This document shows positions 39,487 to 48,980 of a stretch of DNA of 64,000 nucleotides, piece after piece (positions within the stretch are counted from its first letter, which is position 1; the number at the start of each line of letters is the position of its first letter). Source of the stretch: a candidate division Kazan bacterium RIFCSPHIGHO2_01_FULL_44_14 (GTDB lineage: Bacteria > Patescibacteriota > Kazan-3B-28); NCBI GenBank assembly GCA_001771185.1, contig METB01000001.1, positions 439,200-503,199 on the forward strand. Reading direction: 5' to 3'. The translations under genes were made by a program, and so were the position numbers. Below the pieces are notes generated by a model, which searched no databases, was not told the DNA's origin, and saw nothing but the letters and a program-made list of their open reading frames with translations.

Positions 39487-40605
39487 TTACATATCAACTT
39501 CGTGTTTATAGGGCTTGAATTCATCAATCTGGGTAATGATTTGTTTAACCCAATCGTGATATTGGGTAGGGCTTCGGTTGAGAGTTCTTAGCCCTTTTGC
39601 CAATCTCATCCAAGTGCGGTCGCTGGATTTGGGAGATAGGGCTTGTCTCAGTTTGCGGATACCCGCTTCATCTTGGGCTAAAGTCTTGAGTCCTGTGAGG
39701 TATATGGCTTGTTTCGGTTTGATCTTGGGTTCACTGGCTAAAATATCCTGTAAAATTTGGTGTGGGCTGGTGTGGGTATCAAAAATAAATAGGTTGTGTT
39801 CGGCTACGAACTCCCTCCAGTAATGTTCGATAACTGTCTTGGCGGTCTTGTTTTGAATGACATCTCGGAGGGTGGGGTTAATTGGAAACCCTAACTTACC
39901 AAATAGGGAGTTGAGTTTCTGTTTCTTGGACAGCCTTACTTCCATTCTCAAAATCTCAAGGTGGCTATCAGATAGCGGTTCGAAGAGGGAGCGTTGAACA
40001 TAGTTTTGATGTTTATCGGTTGCTCTTTTGTCGGGTTTTGTCAGGTCTTGGATTTTGTCATAAAAGACGAGGGAGTGGGAGGCTGTGTAATACTGCAGAG
40101 CTTCACCATTAGTAAATTTCATTGGGGTCAGATCCAGTCGCTTGGGGACATTGACCTTGGCTAAATCCTTGAGAACACTGCTACAGGTGTATGGGTATGG
40201 AAGCTCTAGGTTCTTGGAGTAGTGGACTGCCGACACTTTGGCGTTGATTAGGAGTTCACTCAATACGCCAACCCCGATTTCTCTTAACTCGGTAGCCAGT
40301 TTTTTGATTAGCTCTGGAAACTCAACTTCAGCTGTCTCGTCTAAGTTGTTGCCATATAGCAGTTTAGGGATTGAAAACTCGATTTTAAGTGGCTGTTCGG
40401 TCTGTCCGTTTTTTGTCATCCTTTTCATCAGGGTAAGTCGGGGTCGATAATGCTTTGTTCGCTTGTCTTGAGCTGTGGGGTTGTTCACATACTTAATCAA
40501 GTAGTTGCCAGGCTGTTTAAGGGCTTCAGCGTTAGGCTGAAACCGCTCGGGTTTCAAGATGAGGTATTTGCCTTGTGGGATTTGTAGGATTACGGTGTCA
40601 ATCAT
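39487..40605 (-). CDS. putative replication initiator-like protein
   Basis: MIDTV start, IEFSIPKLLYGNN, FYDK..LRMEVRL reminiscent of phage/plasmid Rep (gII/X-like) proteins. Confidence 0.5.
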   Translation of the reverse strand: MIDTVILQIPQGKYLILKPERFQPNAEALKQPGNYLIKYVNNPTAQDKRTKHYRPRLTLMKRMTKNGQTEQPLKIEFSIPKLLYGNNLDETAEVEFPELIKKLATELREIGVGVLSELLINAKVSAVHYSKNLELPYPYTCSSVLKDLAKVNVPKRLDLTPMKFTNGEALQYYTASHSLVFYDKIQDLTKPDKRATDKHQNYVQRSLFEPLSDSHLEILRMEVRLSKKQKLNSLFGKLGFPINPTLRDVIQNKTAKTVIEHYWREFVAEHNLFIFDTHTSPHQILQDILASEPKIKPKQAIYLTGLKTLAQDEAGIRKLRQALSPKSSDRTWMRLAKGLRTLNRSPTQYHDWVKQIITQIDEFKPYKHEVDM

Positions 40606-40754
40606 TGTTTTGGTTTTTTATATCGGTTGGGGTTATTTCTGCGGTCGATCTTAAGTAGAAGCTCCATAAAACCAACCAGGTTTTGCCAGTCCTCTCTGGG
40701 CAAATGGCTGAGCGGTTTTTTCTTGGGTTGAATTGTGGGTAAGTTGTTGGACAT
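40602..40754 (-). CDS. 50-aa small protein absent from ORF track
   Basis: MSNNLP..WQNLVGFMELLLKIDRRNNP..; ATGA overlap with the next gene. Confidence 0.7.
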   Translation of the reverse strand: MSNNLPTIQPKKKPLSHLPREDWQNLVGFMELLLKIDRRNNPNRYKKPKQ

Positions 40755-40821
40755 AAAAATAACCCCTATCTTGAGGTTATAAAATGTCGTGTTTGCAGAA
40801 CTCTGCGGATTAGTCTGCAGA

Positions 40822-41991
40822 CTATTTCAGGTACTTTTTGTTGAGCTGGAGCGTAGTTTTTTTCATAATCACAAAATCCCTAATCCTTGTCTGCTTGGCT
40901 ATTTCTTCATTAAGATCGTAGGTGGCGTTGTACATCTTCTTCCAGTGTTTGCGGGGGTTATATTCAATGTTTTTCCCGAAGAGCTTTTCCCAAATCTCAT
41001 CCACAGCCCATACCTTGGCTGGAGCCTTAAAGATGGCTTTGAGTAGATAGTGAGGGTTGCTGTTGTGGGTCTTGGATATAGTGATTTTGTTGGTTTGAAA
41101 GGTCAATTGACTGGTCTTGGAGTCGAATGACGCTGGTTGCGATATGGAGGTTCGTGCTGGTGTTTTATACTTAGCATCGATCTCTGCCATCGCCTTATCG
41201 AGCAGGGTTAATCTAATTTTAAAGACATCAGTGTCATCGTCTTCGGGTGGTACATCCATATCTATGACCCACACAGCTTCTATGTCTAAGTAGCCCAGTT
41301 TCTCGAGGGCGATTAGAGTGTGTAGGGGAAGTGTTTTATCAAACCAGGTTCTGATCTCAGAACTCATCCAGTTATTGTTCTTGGTCTGATAATACTGACC
41401 CCTTAAAACAAAGGTATCCCCAAACTGTAATTGGAGTACTCGCAGGGTATCTAACATTGACTCTTTCTGCTTCTCGAACTTATACCAATTGATCGAGTCA
41501 ATTTGTAGCTTATCGTTGATAAAACCGTTGAGGTAAATATCCAAGAGGGTATCCAGTCGTTTTTTGTTATTGGGTTTAAGCTGAACTGGGAACTCAAACC
41601 ATTCTCCAAGCCCGAATTTTTTGAACAATATGGCTGAGTCGGCAAACTGTTTGAAGGTAAAGTTGTTGTCTAAGAAGGGGGCAATCCCTTTTGCCATTTT
41701 TTCAGCTTTGCCCTCTTGGTGATTTTTCAGAGTTTCCGCTCCGATCTTACTATATTGAGCATACAAATCTGTGTGAAAAATCATTCCATCAATTTCAATA
41801 CCCCACAAGTCGAATTGTAGAGCGACTCTAAAGGCACAGTTATCGATGCTGTCTTGGGTGGGAGATAGCATATCCTCAAACCGCATCAGGCTTCGAGGCA
41901 CTAAGCGTTCGGCGTTAGCATATTTCCACAGGGCGTATAACCCTGCCTCTGAGATATGGGGTATGGGGAGTTTGTTTGTTTGCTTGTTCAT
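40822..41991 (-). CDS. hypothetical protein, possible C-terminal winged helix
   Basis: 389 aa ORF; C-terminus resembles an OmpR-like wHTH. Confidence 0.6.
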   Translation of the reverse strand: MNKQTNKLPIPHISEAGLYALWKYANAERLVPRSLMRFEDMLSPTQDSIDNCAFRVALQFDLWGIEIDGMIFHTDLYAQYSKIGAETLKNHQEGKAEKMAKGIAPFLDNNFTFKQFADSAILFKKFGLGEWFEFPVQLKPNNKKRLDTLLDIYLNGFINDKLQIDSINWYKFEKQKESMLDTLRVLQLQFGDTFVLRGQYYQTKNNNWMSSEIRTWFDKTLPLHTLIALEKLGYLDIEAVWVIDMDVPPEDDDTDVFKIRLTLLDKAMAEIDAKYKTPARTSISQPASFDSKTSQLTFQTNKITISKTHNSNPHYLLKAIFKAPAKVWAVDEIWEKLFGKNIEYNPRKHWKKMYNATYDLNEEIAKQTRIRDFVIMKKTTLQLNKKYLK

Positions 41992-42048
41992 CTCTTTACT
42001 TTAGTTTACAATAACCAGTAAACATATACTCATAATGCAACCATTTAT

Positions 42049-42816
42049 ATGACGGTCTGTATTGGAGCTTTGGCTGAGAATGGGCAAAAGCTGGTACTTG
42101 TATCGGATAAGATGATTACTGCTAACATCCCGATTGCTTATCAGTTCCAGAAGCCAGATGTGCAAAAAATTTATCCGATTAACAATAATGCCCAAGTGCT
42201 GACTGCTGGGAATGCTTTATATGCTCACGAGATTGTCCGTATGGCAGTAAAACGGGTTGCGAAAGAGCGTCTCGAGGGTAAAGATGCTCATAGCGTTGAA
42301 GAGATTACGGAGATAATAAGATCTATCTACCAGGCGTTTAGATTGCAAAAGGTGGTTCAGCTTGTCTTGGAGCCAAGGGGGTTATCATTGGATGCCTACT
42401 ATAGTAATCAACAAAGGTTGCACCAAGGAATGGTGGGCGAAATAGAGCAAAACTTAGTGAACTACAATATAGGAGTAGAGTTAATAGTCGCTGGTATTAA
42501 CCCTGGGGACGGATGTCATCTGTACAGTATTACCCATCCTGGCGTATCCGCCTGTCACGACACGATAGGATATGCCTGTGTAGGTAGTGGAGCTCCCCAC
42601 GCTCTCTATTCTTTAATAGCCTCTGAATATACTAAAGACAAATTGGTTGGGCAGGTTGAAGCGTATGTAGATGATGCTAAGAAAAAGAGTGAGGTTGCCC
42701 CTGGAGTTGGGACGGAAACCGAAAAGATCATACTTCCACCTGCTACAATAGAAGCGGTTCCAGAAGTAATGCATACAGCGGTGCCAGTATTAGATAATCC
42801 ACAGCCACCAGTATGA
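42049..42816 (+). CDS. proteasome-beta/HslV-like Ntn hydrolase
   Basis: M-T start, SD at about residue 20, K at about 35, AG, GSG, GVG motifs. Confidence 0.7.
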   Translation: MTVCIGALAENGQKLVLVSDKMITANIPIAYQFQKPDVQKIYPINNNAQVLTAGNALYAHEIVRMAVKRVAKERLEGKDAHSVEEITEIIRSIYQAFRLQKVVQLVLEPRGLSLDAYYSNQQRLHQGMVGEIEQNLVNYNIGVELIVAGINPGDGCHLYSITHPGVSACHDTIGYACVGSGAPHALYSLIASEYTKDKLVGQVEAYVDDAKKKSEVAPGVGTETEKIILPPATIEAVPEVMHTAVPVLDNPQPPV

Positions 42817-43046
42817 ACGAGGATTTTGAACAGAGTAAAGCGAATGTTGTCAGCATTTCGGTAGCCCAACATCAAGCGTATATGCGTTGGGGTCTTCAGT
42901 CTCTCGTCTTTGAGGGGCTTAAAGACGAAGGGTTTATCCGACAGACCGATGGGAAGATGTTGGCAAAGAAGCTGGTTTCCTCCGATCAGGATGAGATTAC
43001 AGACTTGCCCAATTTTCAGCCCCATTTACTGCAAGTCCCGTCTTAA
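42813..43046 (+). CDS. hypothetical protein
   Basis: 77 aa, ATGA-coupled to the Ntn hydrolase gene. Confidence 0.4.
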   Translation: MNEDFEQSKANVVSISVAQHQAYMRWGLQSLVFEGLKDEGFIRQTDGKMLAKKLVSSDQDEITDLPNFQPHLLQVPS

Positions 43047-43107
43047 GGATTTGTAAGTCTGCTCTAATTTGTTTCCAATCAAGAGTTCTAAGTTTGTCCA
43101 CGAGGGG

Positions 43108-43143
43108 GAGCCAAATGAAAACGAGTAAAGTGACCGAGGTGCC
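43108..43143 (+). repeat. 36-bp direct repeat, copy 1
   Basis: 34/36 identical to 63735-63770; begins with tRNA-end hexamer GAGCCA. Confidence 0.88.
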
Positions 43144-43193
43144 CCAAAGCGCCTAGTTCGGTCTGGGAGCCAAAAAATCCACATTGGCCCAAG

Positions 43194-43221
43194 AAAATAA
43201 CCCCTTCGCAGGGGTTGTTTT
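43194..43221 (+). terminator. intrinsic terminator, possibly displaced tRNA-Asn terminator
   Basis: aaaataacccc-ttcgca-ggggttgtttt. Confidence 0.65.
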
Positions 43222-43446
43222 TATGGTAAGCTATGGGTGTTGTTCCACAATCTTGAAAGTTTGGATATCCAATTTTCCTAGGGATATAGGGATGTTAGTA
43301 CCGATAATCGCGGTTAAAAACGGGCAGATGCTCGAGTGCCGCGATTATCTACTCCTAGGAGCAAGAGATTGTGGAACAACCACCACGAGGTCTGCCCCTT
43401 TTTGATTTATATAATAATCGGCAGGTCATCGGGTAGGGAATCCACG

Positions 43447-44517
43447 ATGGCTATTATTGTTTCTAAATCAGGAAAGAACGCTCAAAAAGTTGAGCGATCC
43501 AGAATCGAACAAGAGGATTATCTCCAACAATATACACTGGATAATCCGGAGGTGATTCCACTTTACGATATCAAAGAAGATATCAGGTTACTAATTCTCG
43601 CTCGAGAGTTTTCCACTAATAGCGGTCCCATTGATGCCATTGGTATCGATAAGGATGGCGAGATTTATATTGTAGAAACTAAGCTCTATAAGAATCCGGA
43701 CAAACGAACAGTCGTTGCCCAAGCTCTCGACTATGGAGCGGCCCTTTGGCGACACTCCAATGATTTTGATTACTTTATCGATACTTTGAATCAGAGTGTC
43801 CAGAAGGTGTTCGGAATGACTCTCAACGACAAGATTGAAGCTTTCTTCGGTTTATCACAAGAGGAGATAGCTGGACTACTTGAGGGGGTCAAAAAGAACC
43901 TAGCCGATGGAGTGATGCACTTCGTCGTTCTGATGGATTCTCTAGATGATCGGCTGAAAGACTTAGTTCTATATGTTAATCAGAACAGTCAGTTTGATAT
44001 CTACATTGTTGAATTGGACTACTACAAGCACGAAGAGTATGAGATTATCATTCCCAAGATTTACGGGGCGGAGGTTAAAAAAGATGCCGCCATCCAGAAA
44101 AGTAGTGGGTCTAGGCAACAGTGGTCTGAGGAAGAGTATCTATCTAGCGCTAAAGCTACCATAGACGGCAAGGTCTATCCGGCATTCAGTAAATTATATG
44201 AAGCTTGTAAGACCTCAGCCGATGGGATGCGATTTGGCACTGGCACGGTCAGAGGTTCAGTCGGTCCATTCTATAACTCTATCTCTCGGCGAACTATTTT
44301 TACTCTTTATACCGACGGCAAGTTAGCTTTCAATTTTGGCTGGTTGAATGAGCCCACTTCAGCGATTGAGTTTAGAGATAGATACTTCAACGCGCTGAAG
44401 TCCTTGGGGCTGAAATTGGAAGAGAGCGATATTTTGGTCTATCCGCATTTTCCGATCAATCAGTGGTCGCCTTTGGTAGAGAAAATCATCCAAGTGGTTA
44501 AGGAGACTGCGGTATGA
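43447..44517 (+). CDS. NucS/DUF91-like PD-(D/E)XK nuclease
   Basis: E..LQ, GPIDAIGID..IVETK..VVAQALDY. Confidence 0.8.
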   Translation: MAIIVSKSGKNAQKVERSRIEQEDYLQQYTLDNPEVIPLYDIKEDIRLLILAREFSTNSGPIDAIGIDKDGEIYIVETKLYKNPDKRTVVAQALDYGAALWRHSNDFDYFIDTLNQSVQKVFGMTLNDKIEAFFGLSQEEIAGLLEGVKKNLADGVMHFVVLMDSLDDRLKDLVLYVNQNSQFDIYIVELDYYKHEEYEIIIPKIYGAEVKKDAAIQKSSGSRQQWSEEEYLSSAKATIDGKVYPAFSKLYEACKTSADGMRFGTGTVRGSVGPFYNSISRRTIFTLYTDGKLAFNFGWLNEPTSAIEFRDRYFNALKSLGLKLEESDILVYPHFPINQWSPLVEKIIQVVKETAV

Positions 44518-45230
44518 AGAAAATCAAATCCGTCGAGCAATATGGTCAGTTATATATGAAACGATTTCTCCAGGACCAAATTGCTCACAAGGATGCTATT
44601 TATGATGACTGGCGAGAGGCCTTGGAGTTCTTGTTTTCCAAGGTCTTTTATCGGGGTAGGCGAGATGAGTTGTCAGAGAGATTTATGTGGGCAACTCTTA
44701 AAACTCTAAAAGAAATTGAGTTAGATCCGGACTATAACAAGCAATTACTTGATAATCGCCTACAATCCAATGGGGTGAACAATCACAAGGATCGCAAGAT
44801 GGTCTGCGAAGTTCTGGATTTCGTCTTTAATCTTCCCACTCCTTACGGTCGCAATATCGTTAAATACACCATTGAGCGGATTAAAAATGGGAAGATTCTA
44901 GACATCTTTAATGAACTGAATACGATTTATGCCATCGGAGACAAGCTATCCTCGTTCTATATCCGAGATGTGGCGTTGGTATTTGATTTAGAGGATAAGC
45001 TACTAGCAGATGACTTCAAATATTGTCAGCCTATCGATACATGGGTGAAACAAGTAGCGGTTAAGCTGGACCTTATTGCTCCCCAAGAAGGGGATGTGGC
45101 AACAATCAAGTCAGCCATTATAGATGCGTGTCGAGGGGCAAATGTATCACCCCTACTTTTTAACGCAGGGGCATGGATGGTCGGAGCTAAATCCTTCGAT
45201 TTGTTGATAGAGCGGTTTTCTACACAATAA
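44514..45230 (+). CDS. HhH-GPD-like DNA glycosylase
   Basis: LNTIYAIGDKLS HhH motif followed by PIDTWV. Confidence 0.6.
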   Translation: MKKIKSVEQYGQLYMKRFLQDQIAHKDAIYDDWREALEFLFSKVFYRGRRDELSERFMWATLKTLKEIELDPDYNKQLLDNRLQSNGVNNHKDRKMVCEVLDFVFNLPTPYGRNIVKYTIERIKNGKILDIFNELNTIYAIGDKLSSFYIRDVALVFDLEDKLLADDFKYCQPIDTWVKQVAVKLDLIAPQEGDVATIKSAIIDACRGANVSPLLFNAGAWMVGAKSFDLLIERFSTQ

Positions 45231-45258
45231 ACAATCCTACTGTTTCTGTTGGAGCTTA

Positions 45259-46638
45259 CTAGCGGGCTGAAGTGGGTTCATCGATAAGCTTGGTTAGGGT
45301 AGTTTTCTTATTGTCTTGTAGTGTCAGTTTGCCTTGGTTCAATATTACTTGGCTTTGGATGTTTGCTAGTATCTCTCGCTTTTGTTCATTACTACCTTCC
45401 CGGAGAATGTACTTGGCATACATTTTCAGGTCCACTCTTGGCATTTTGGAGGTGGCGGAATCTATCCCCAGCACTCCCTGCGTGAATTTATTGTAGCGGT
45501 CTATCTCTTCCTGCAACCTATCCTTCATCCCGATTCGATCTAGAGTCAGTTTATCGATAATCTCCACAAATTGTTCAATGAGGTCTGCCTCTCTGACATA
45601 AGGTTGTTTGCACCCGATTCTCTTGCTATCTGTGCAGTGATAGTAGACATGGCGATTCATCTCACCATTCTTTAATCGCTTGAATTTTTCTTCAGCACTG
45701 ACTCCGGCCCCGCACTGACCGCAGGTCATCATCCTTGTAAAGGCGAAGCACTTTTCACCATGACGGCCATGTGGGGGTTTAGAAATTCTAACTTGCACCT
45801 CATCAAATAACTCTTTGTTAATTAGTGGTTCGTGTTTGCCTTGGTAGCTTCCTTCGCCATAGGTATATTCGCCATAGTAGAAGCTATTCTTGAGAGTCAG
45901 AAAGATTGAACTTAGTGCCATCTTCTTGCCGCTTCGAGTCGTGAAGTTAGTTTCGCTATTAAGCCAATCTAAGATGTTCCTGCCGGAGTAGCCATGTTTG
46001 GCCACCTTATTGAAGATCTCTTTAATGGTGGGAGCTCTTTCTTTGTCGACCAAGATCGTGTTGTCGGCATAGTTGTTGAGATAGCCGAGTGGGGCGACTC
46101 CTGGTCGCCAGCCCATCTCACATTTGGTTCGCATCCCTCGTTTAACATTCACGCCCTTGTTATCGTTTTCCAATTTGGCTTGGGAACAGAGAATCATTAA
46201 GAGGAACTTCTCGTTAGGGGAGTTCCGGAATATCTGACCATGGGTTCTGATTTCGTGCAGAAGTCCTTGGTCCATAAGGTCGACCAAAGAGCCAAGGTCT
46301 CCGGCATTACGGCTCAATCGGTCTGGAGCCCATGTCATAATTCCATTGAAATCGCCTTCTCGGATTCTCATCAGAAGCTCAGTAAAGGCGGGTCTTTGGC
46401 CGGAGTCCTTAGCCGAGTGGCTTTCCTTGATAGTCTCTACTATCTCTATCCCATCCCTCTCAGCCATCGCCAACATCTCTTTGATTTGGCTGTCTATGGA
46501 GAGGGCTTGTCGTTCGTCCTGCTCTGAGGACTTACGGGCATAGAGACAGTACTTGGCTCCCTGTGGTTGCTCCATGGCTTCCGAAGACCCCTCGGGAGCT
46601 CCTGGAATCGTCTCGTTTTTCACCATATTTGCCTCCAT
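45259..46638 (-). CDS. large serine recombinase 2
   Basis: YARKSSE, DRLSRN, CGQCG..YYHC..C zinc ribbon. Confidence 0.93.
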   Translation of the reverse strand: MEANMVKNETIPGAPEGSSEAMEQPQGAKYCLYARKSSEQDERQALSIDSQIKEMLAMAERDGIEIVETIKESHSAKDSGQRPAFTELLMRIREGDFNGIMTWAPDRLSRNAGDLGSLVDLMDQGLLHEIRTHGQIFRNSPNEKFLLMILCSQAKLENDNKGVNVKRGMRTKCEMGWRPGVAPLGYLNNYADNTILVDKERAPTIKEIFNKVAKHGYSGRNILDWLNSETNFTTRSGKKMALSSIFLTLKNSFYYGEYTYGEGSYQGKHEPLINKELFDEVQVRISKPPHGRHGEKCFAFTRMMTCGQCGAGVSAEEKFKRLKNGEMNRHVYYHCTDSKRIGCKQPYVREADLIEQFVEIIDKLTLDRIGMKDRLQEEIDRYNKFTQGVLGIDSATSKMPRVDLKMYAKYILREGSNEQKREILANIQSQVILNQGKLTLQDNKKTTLTKLIDEPTSAR

Positions 46639-46742
46639 TTGTCTATAGGGCTATATCAAGGGTAAGGATGCCCGAAAATTGGCCAAAGTCCAGTCCCAAA
46701 ACGCTTTATTTTGAGTTATACTAAAGAAGTCAAATAACCCCT

Positions 46743-48980
46743 ATGGAGCTAGCAGACAACGAAAAGCGGGATATTATCAAGTACTTGGAGGCAGGGAAAC
46801 CCCTGCCAGACAAGTACCGCTTTTTGCTATTCGGGGATAAAAATGAGGTAGAGTTGGTCTGGAATGGTAAAACCGACGAGGTTACTAATGTGGCTCTGCC
46901 TTTTCAGGTTATAGAACAGGTGGACGAGGCTAGGAGTGAAAAAGAGGTAAAAATCCAGACGGGTCTATTTGATGAGGGTGGCCGTCAGATTGGAGGTTGG
47001 GTCAATAAGCTGATTTGGGGCGACAATAAGCTCATTCTTTCCAGCTTGAAGAATGGTCCCATCAGGGAAGAGATAGCGAGACAAGGTGGGATAAAACTGA
47101 TTTACATAGATCCGCCATTTGATGTCGGTGCTGATTTTTCTATGGATATTGAGATAGGTGATGAGCAATTTACCAAACAGCCAGGCGTATTAGAAGAACT
47201 GGCGTACAGAGATACATGGGGTAAGGGTGCTGATAGTTTTATCTCTATGATTTATGAGCGTCTAAAGTTGATGAGAGACTTATTGGCCGATGATGGCAGT
47301 ATATATGTGCATTGTGATGACAGATTGAGTGGGTATTTACGACTAGTAATGGATGAAGTTTTTGGAAAAAATAATTTTAGAAATCATATTATCTGGAAAC
47401 GCACCTCTTCACATAATGATTCTAAAAAGATTGGCAAGGTGTCAGATTCAATTTTTTACTACTCCAAGAGTGAAAATGCTATATGGAATCCACAATTTAG
47501 GCCTTACGATCAAACTTATCTTGATAACTTCTATCGGCATATCGAAAGCGACGGTCGTAAGTATCGTCTGCACCAAATAGAACGTAATCCAGCACTAGGT
47601 CTTCGTGAAAATCTAAAGTATGAATACAACAACTACACACCTCGGTATGGCTGGATGGTGGAGAGAGGGAAGCTTGAGGAACTTGATAAAAAGGGTATGC
47701 TGGTTTGGTCAAAAAACGGTAAACCCCAAAGGAAAATCTATATAGGCGAGGACACTGAAGGACAGCCGATTCATGATATTTGGGATGATATATCAGCAGT
47801 TGGTAGCCAGAGTAAAGAGAAGACTGATTATCCAACACAAAAACCAGAGTCATTGCTTGCAAGGGTTATTAGAACCTCTACTAATGAAGGTGACATCGTT
47901 GCCGACTTTTTTGTGGGTTCTGGTACTACTTTGTCCGTTGCCGAAAAATTGGGACGTAAATGGATTGGTAGTGATTTGGGAAAATTCTCCATTCATACTG
48001 CTCGCAAAAGAATGATTGGTGTTCAGCGGGAACTTAAAAAAGAGAATAAGGGTTATCGAGCGTTTGAGATTCTTAATCTTGGTAAATATGAGAGGCAATA
48101 TTATGTGGGAGCCAATCCCGATTTAAGAGATGAAGAAAAACAAAGACAGCTTGACCAAAAAGAGCAAGATTTCGAGAAGCTTATATTGGGCGCCTACAAG
48201 GCAGAGCCGGTGGACGGCTTCAAAACATTCAGAGGGAAGAAGGCCAGCCGATTGGTATCCATTGGGGCCATTAACTTACCGGTTACTCGTAGGTTTGTGG
48301 AAGAAGTCGTAGAAGAATGTCTCGAGAAGAAAATCACCAAGGTAGATATTTTAGCCTTTGAGTTTGAGATGGGTCTATTTCCCAAAATGCAGGAAGAGGC
48401 CAAGGACAAAGGTATTGATATGGCTCTTAAATATATTCCTCGAGATGTGTTTGACAAAAGAGCTATCGACAAAAATCAAGTTGTCTTCCATGATGTTTCC
48501 TTTATCGAGGTCAGGCCTATTATCAAGGGTAAAAGTGTGGCAATCGAGCTAACTGATTTCTCGGTTTTCTATAATCAGGATTCTGTCGCCCAGGTTGAAT
48601 CTCTACTCAAGAATGGTAACAATAAGATTGTGGTTGAAAATGGTCAGATTATTAAAGTGCTAAAAGACAAGGATGGCATAGTCACTCAGGAGGTACTAAC
48701 TAAGAAGTGGTCTGATTGGATCGACTACTGGTCTGTAGATTTCAATTTCGAGAGCAAGCAAGAGATTATCCGTATCCAGAAAGATGGTAAAACTGAGGAG
48801 GTTTGGACGGGAGATTATATATTTGAAAACGAATGGCAATCTTTCAGGACCAAAAAGGACCGTAAGCTGGATTTTGTAAGTGTTGCGACTGAAATGACAA
48901 AAGGTCGACATAAGGTTGCTATAAAAGTGGTCGATATCTTTGGCAATGACACTATGAAAGTTATGGAGGTAAATATCTAA
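46743..48980 (+). CDS. type III RM methyltransferase (Mod)
   Basis: LIYIDPPF, YPTQKPE, DFFVGSGTT, VVDIFGND C-terminus; Res downstream. Confidence 0.9.
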   Translation: MELADNEKRDIIKYLEAGKPLPDKYRFLLFGDKNEVELVWNGKTDEVTNVALPFQVIEQVDEARSEKEVKIQTGLFDEGGRQIGGWVNKLIWGDNKLILSSLKNGPIREEIARQGGIKLIYIDPPFDVGADFSMDIEIGDEQFTKQPGVLEELAYRDTWGKGADSFISMIYERLKLMRDLLADDGSIYVHCDDRLSGYLRLVMDEVFGKNNFRNHIIWKRTSSHNDSKKIGKVSDSIFYYSKSENAIWNPQFRPYDQTYLDNFYRHIESDGRKYRLHQIERNPALGLRENLKYEYNNYTPRYGWMVERGKLEELDKKGMLVWSKNGKPQRKIYIGEDTEGQPIHDIWDDISAVGSQSKEKTDYPTQKPESLLARVIRTSTNEGDIVADFFVGSGTTLSVAEKLGRKWIGSDLGKFSIHTARKRMIGVQRELKKENKGYRAFEILNLGKYERQYYVGANPDLRDEEKQRQLDQKEQDFEKLILGAYKAEPVDGFKTFRGKKASRLVSIGAINLPVTRRFVEEVVEECLEKKITKVDILAFEFEMGLFPKMQEEAKDKGIDMALKYIPRDVFDKRAIDKNQVVFHDVSFIEVRPIIKGKSVAIELTDFSVFYNQDSVAQVESLLKNGNNKIVVENGQIIKVLKDKDGIVTQEVLTKKWSDWIDYWSVDFNFESKQEIIRIQKDGKTEEVWTGDYIFENEWQSFRTKKDRKLDFVSVATEMTKGRHKVAIKVVDIFGNDTMKVMEVNI

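Larger units (their letters stand above)
34104..43113. mobile_element. integrative element A at tRNA-Asn 3' end
   Basis: GGAGCCA direct repeats at 34104-34110 and 43107-43113; integrase ORF continues in frame across the predicted attP. Confidence 0.8.
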
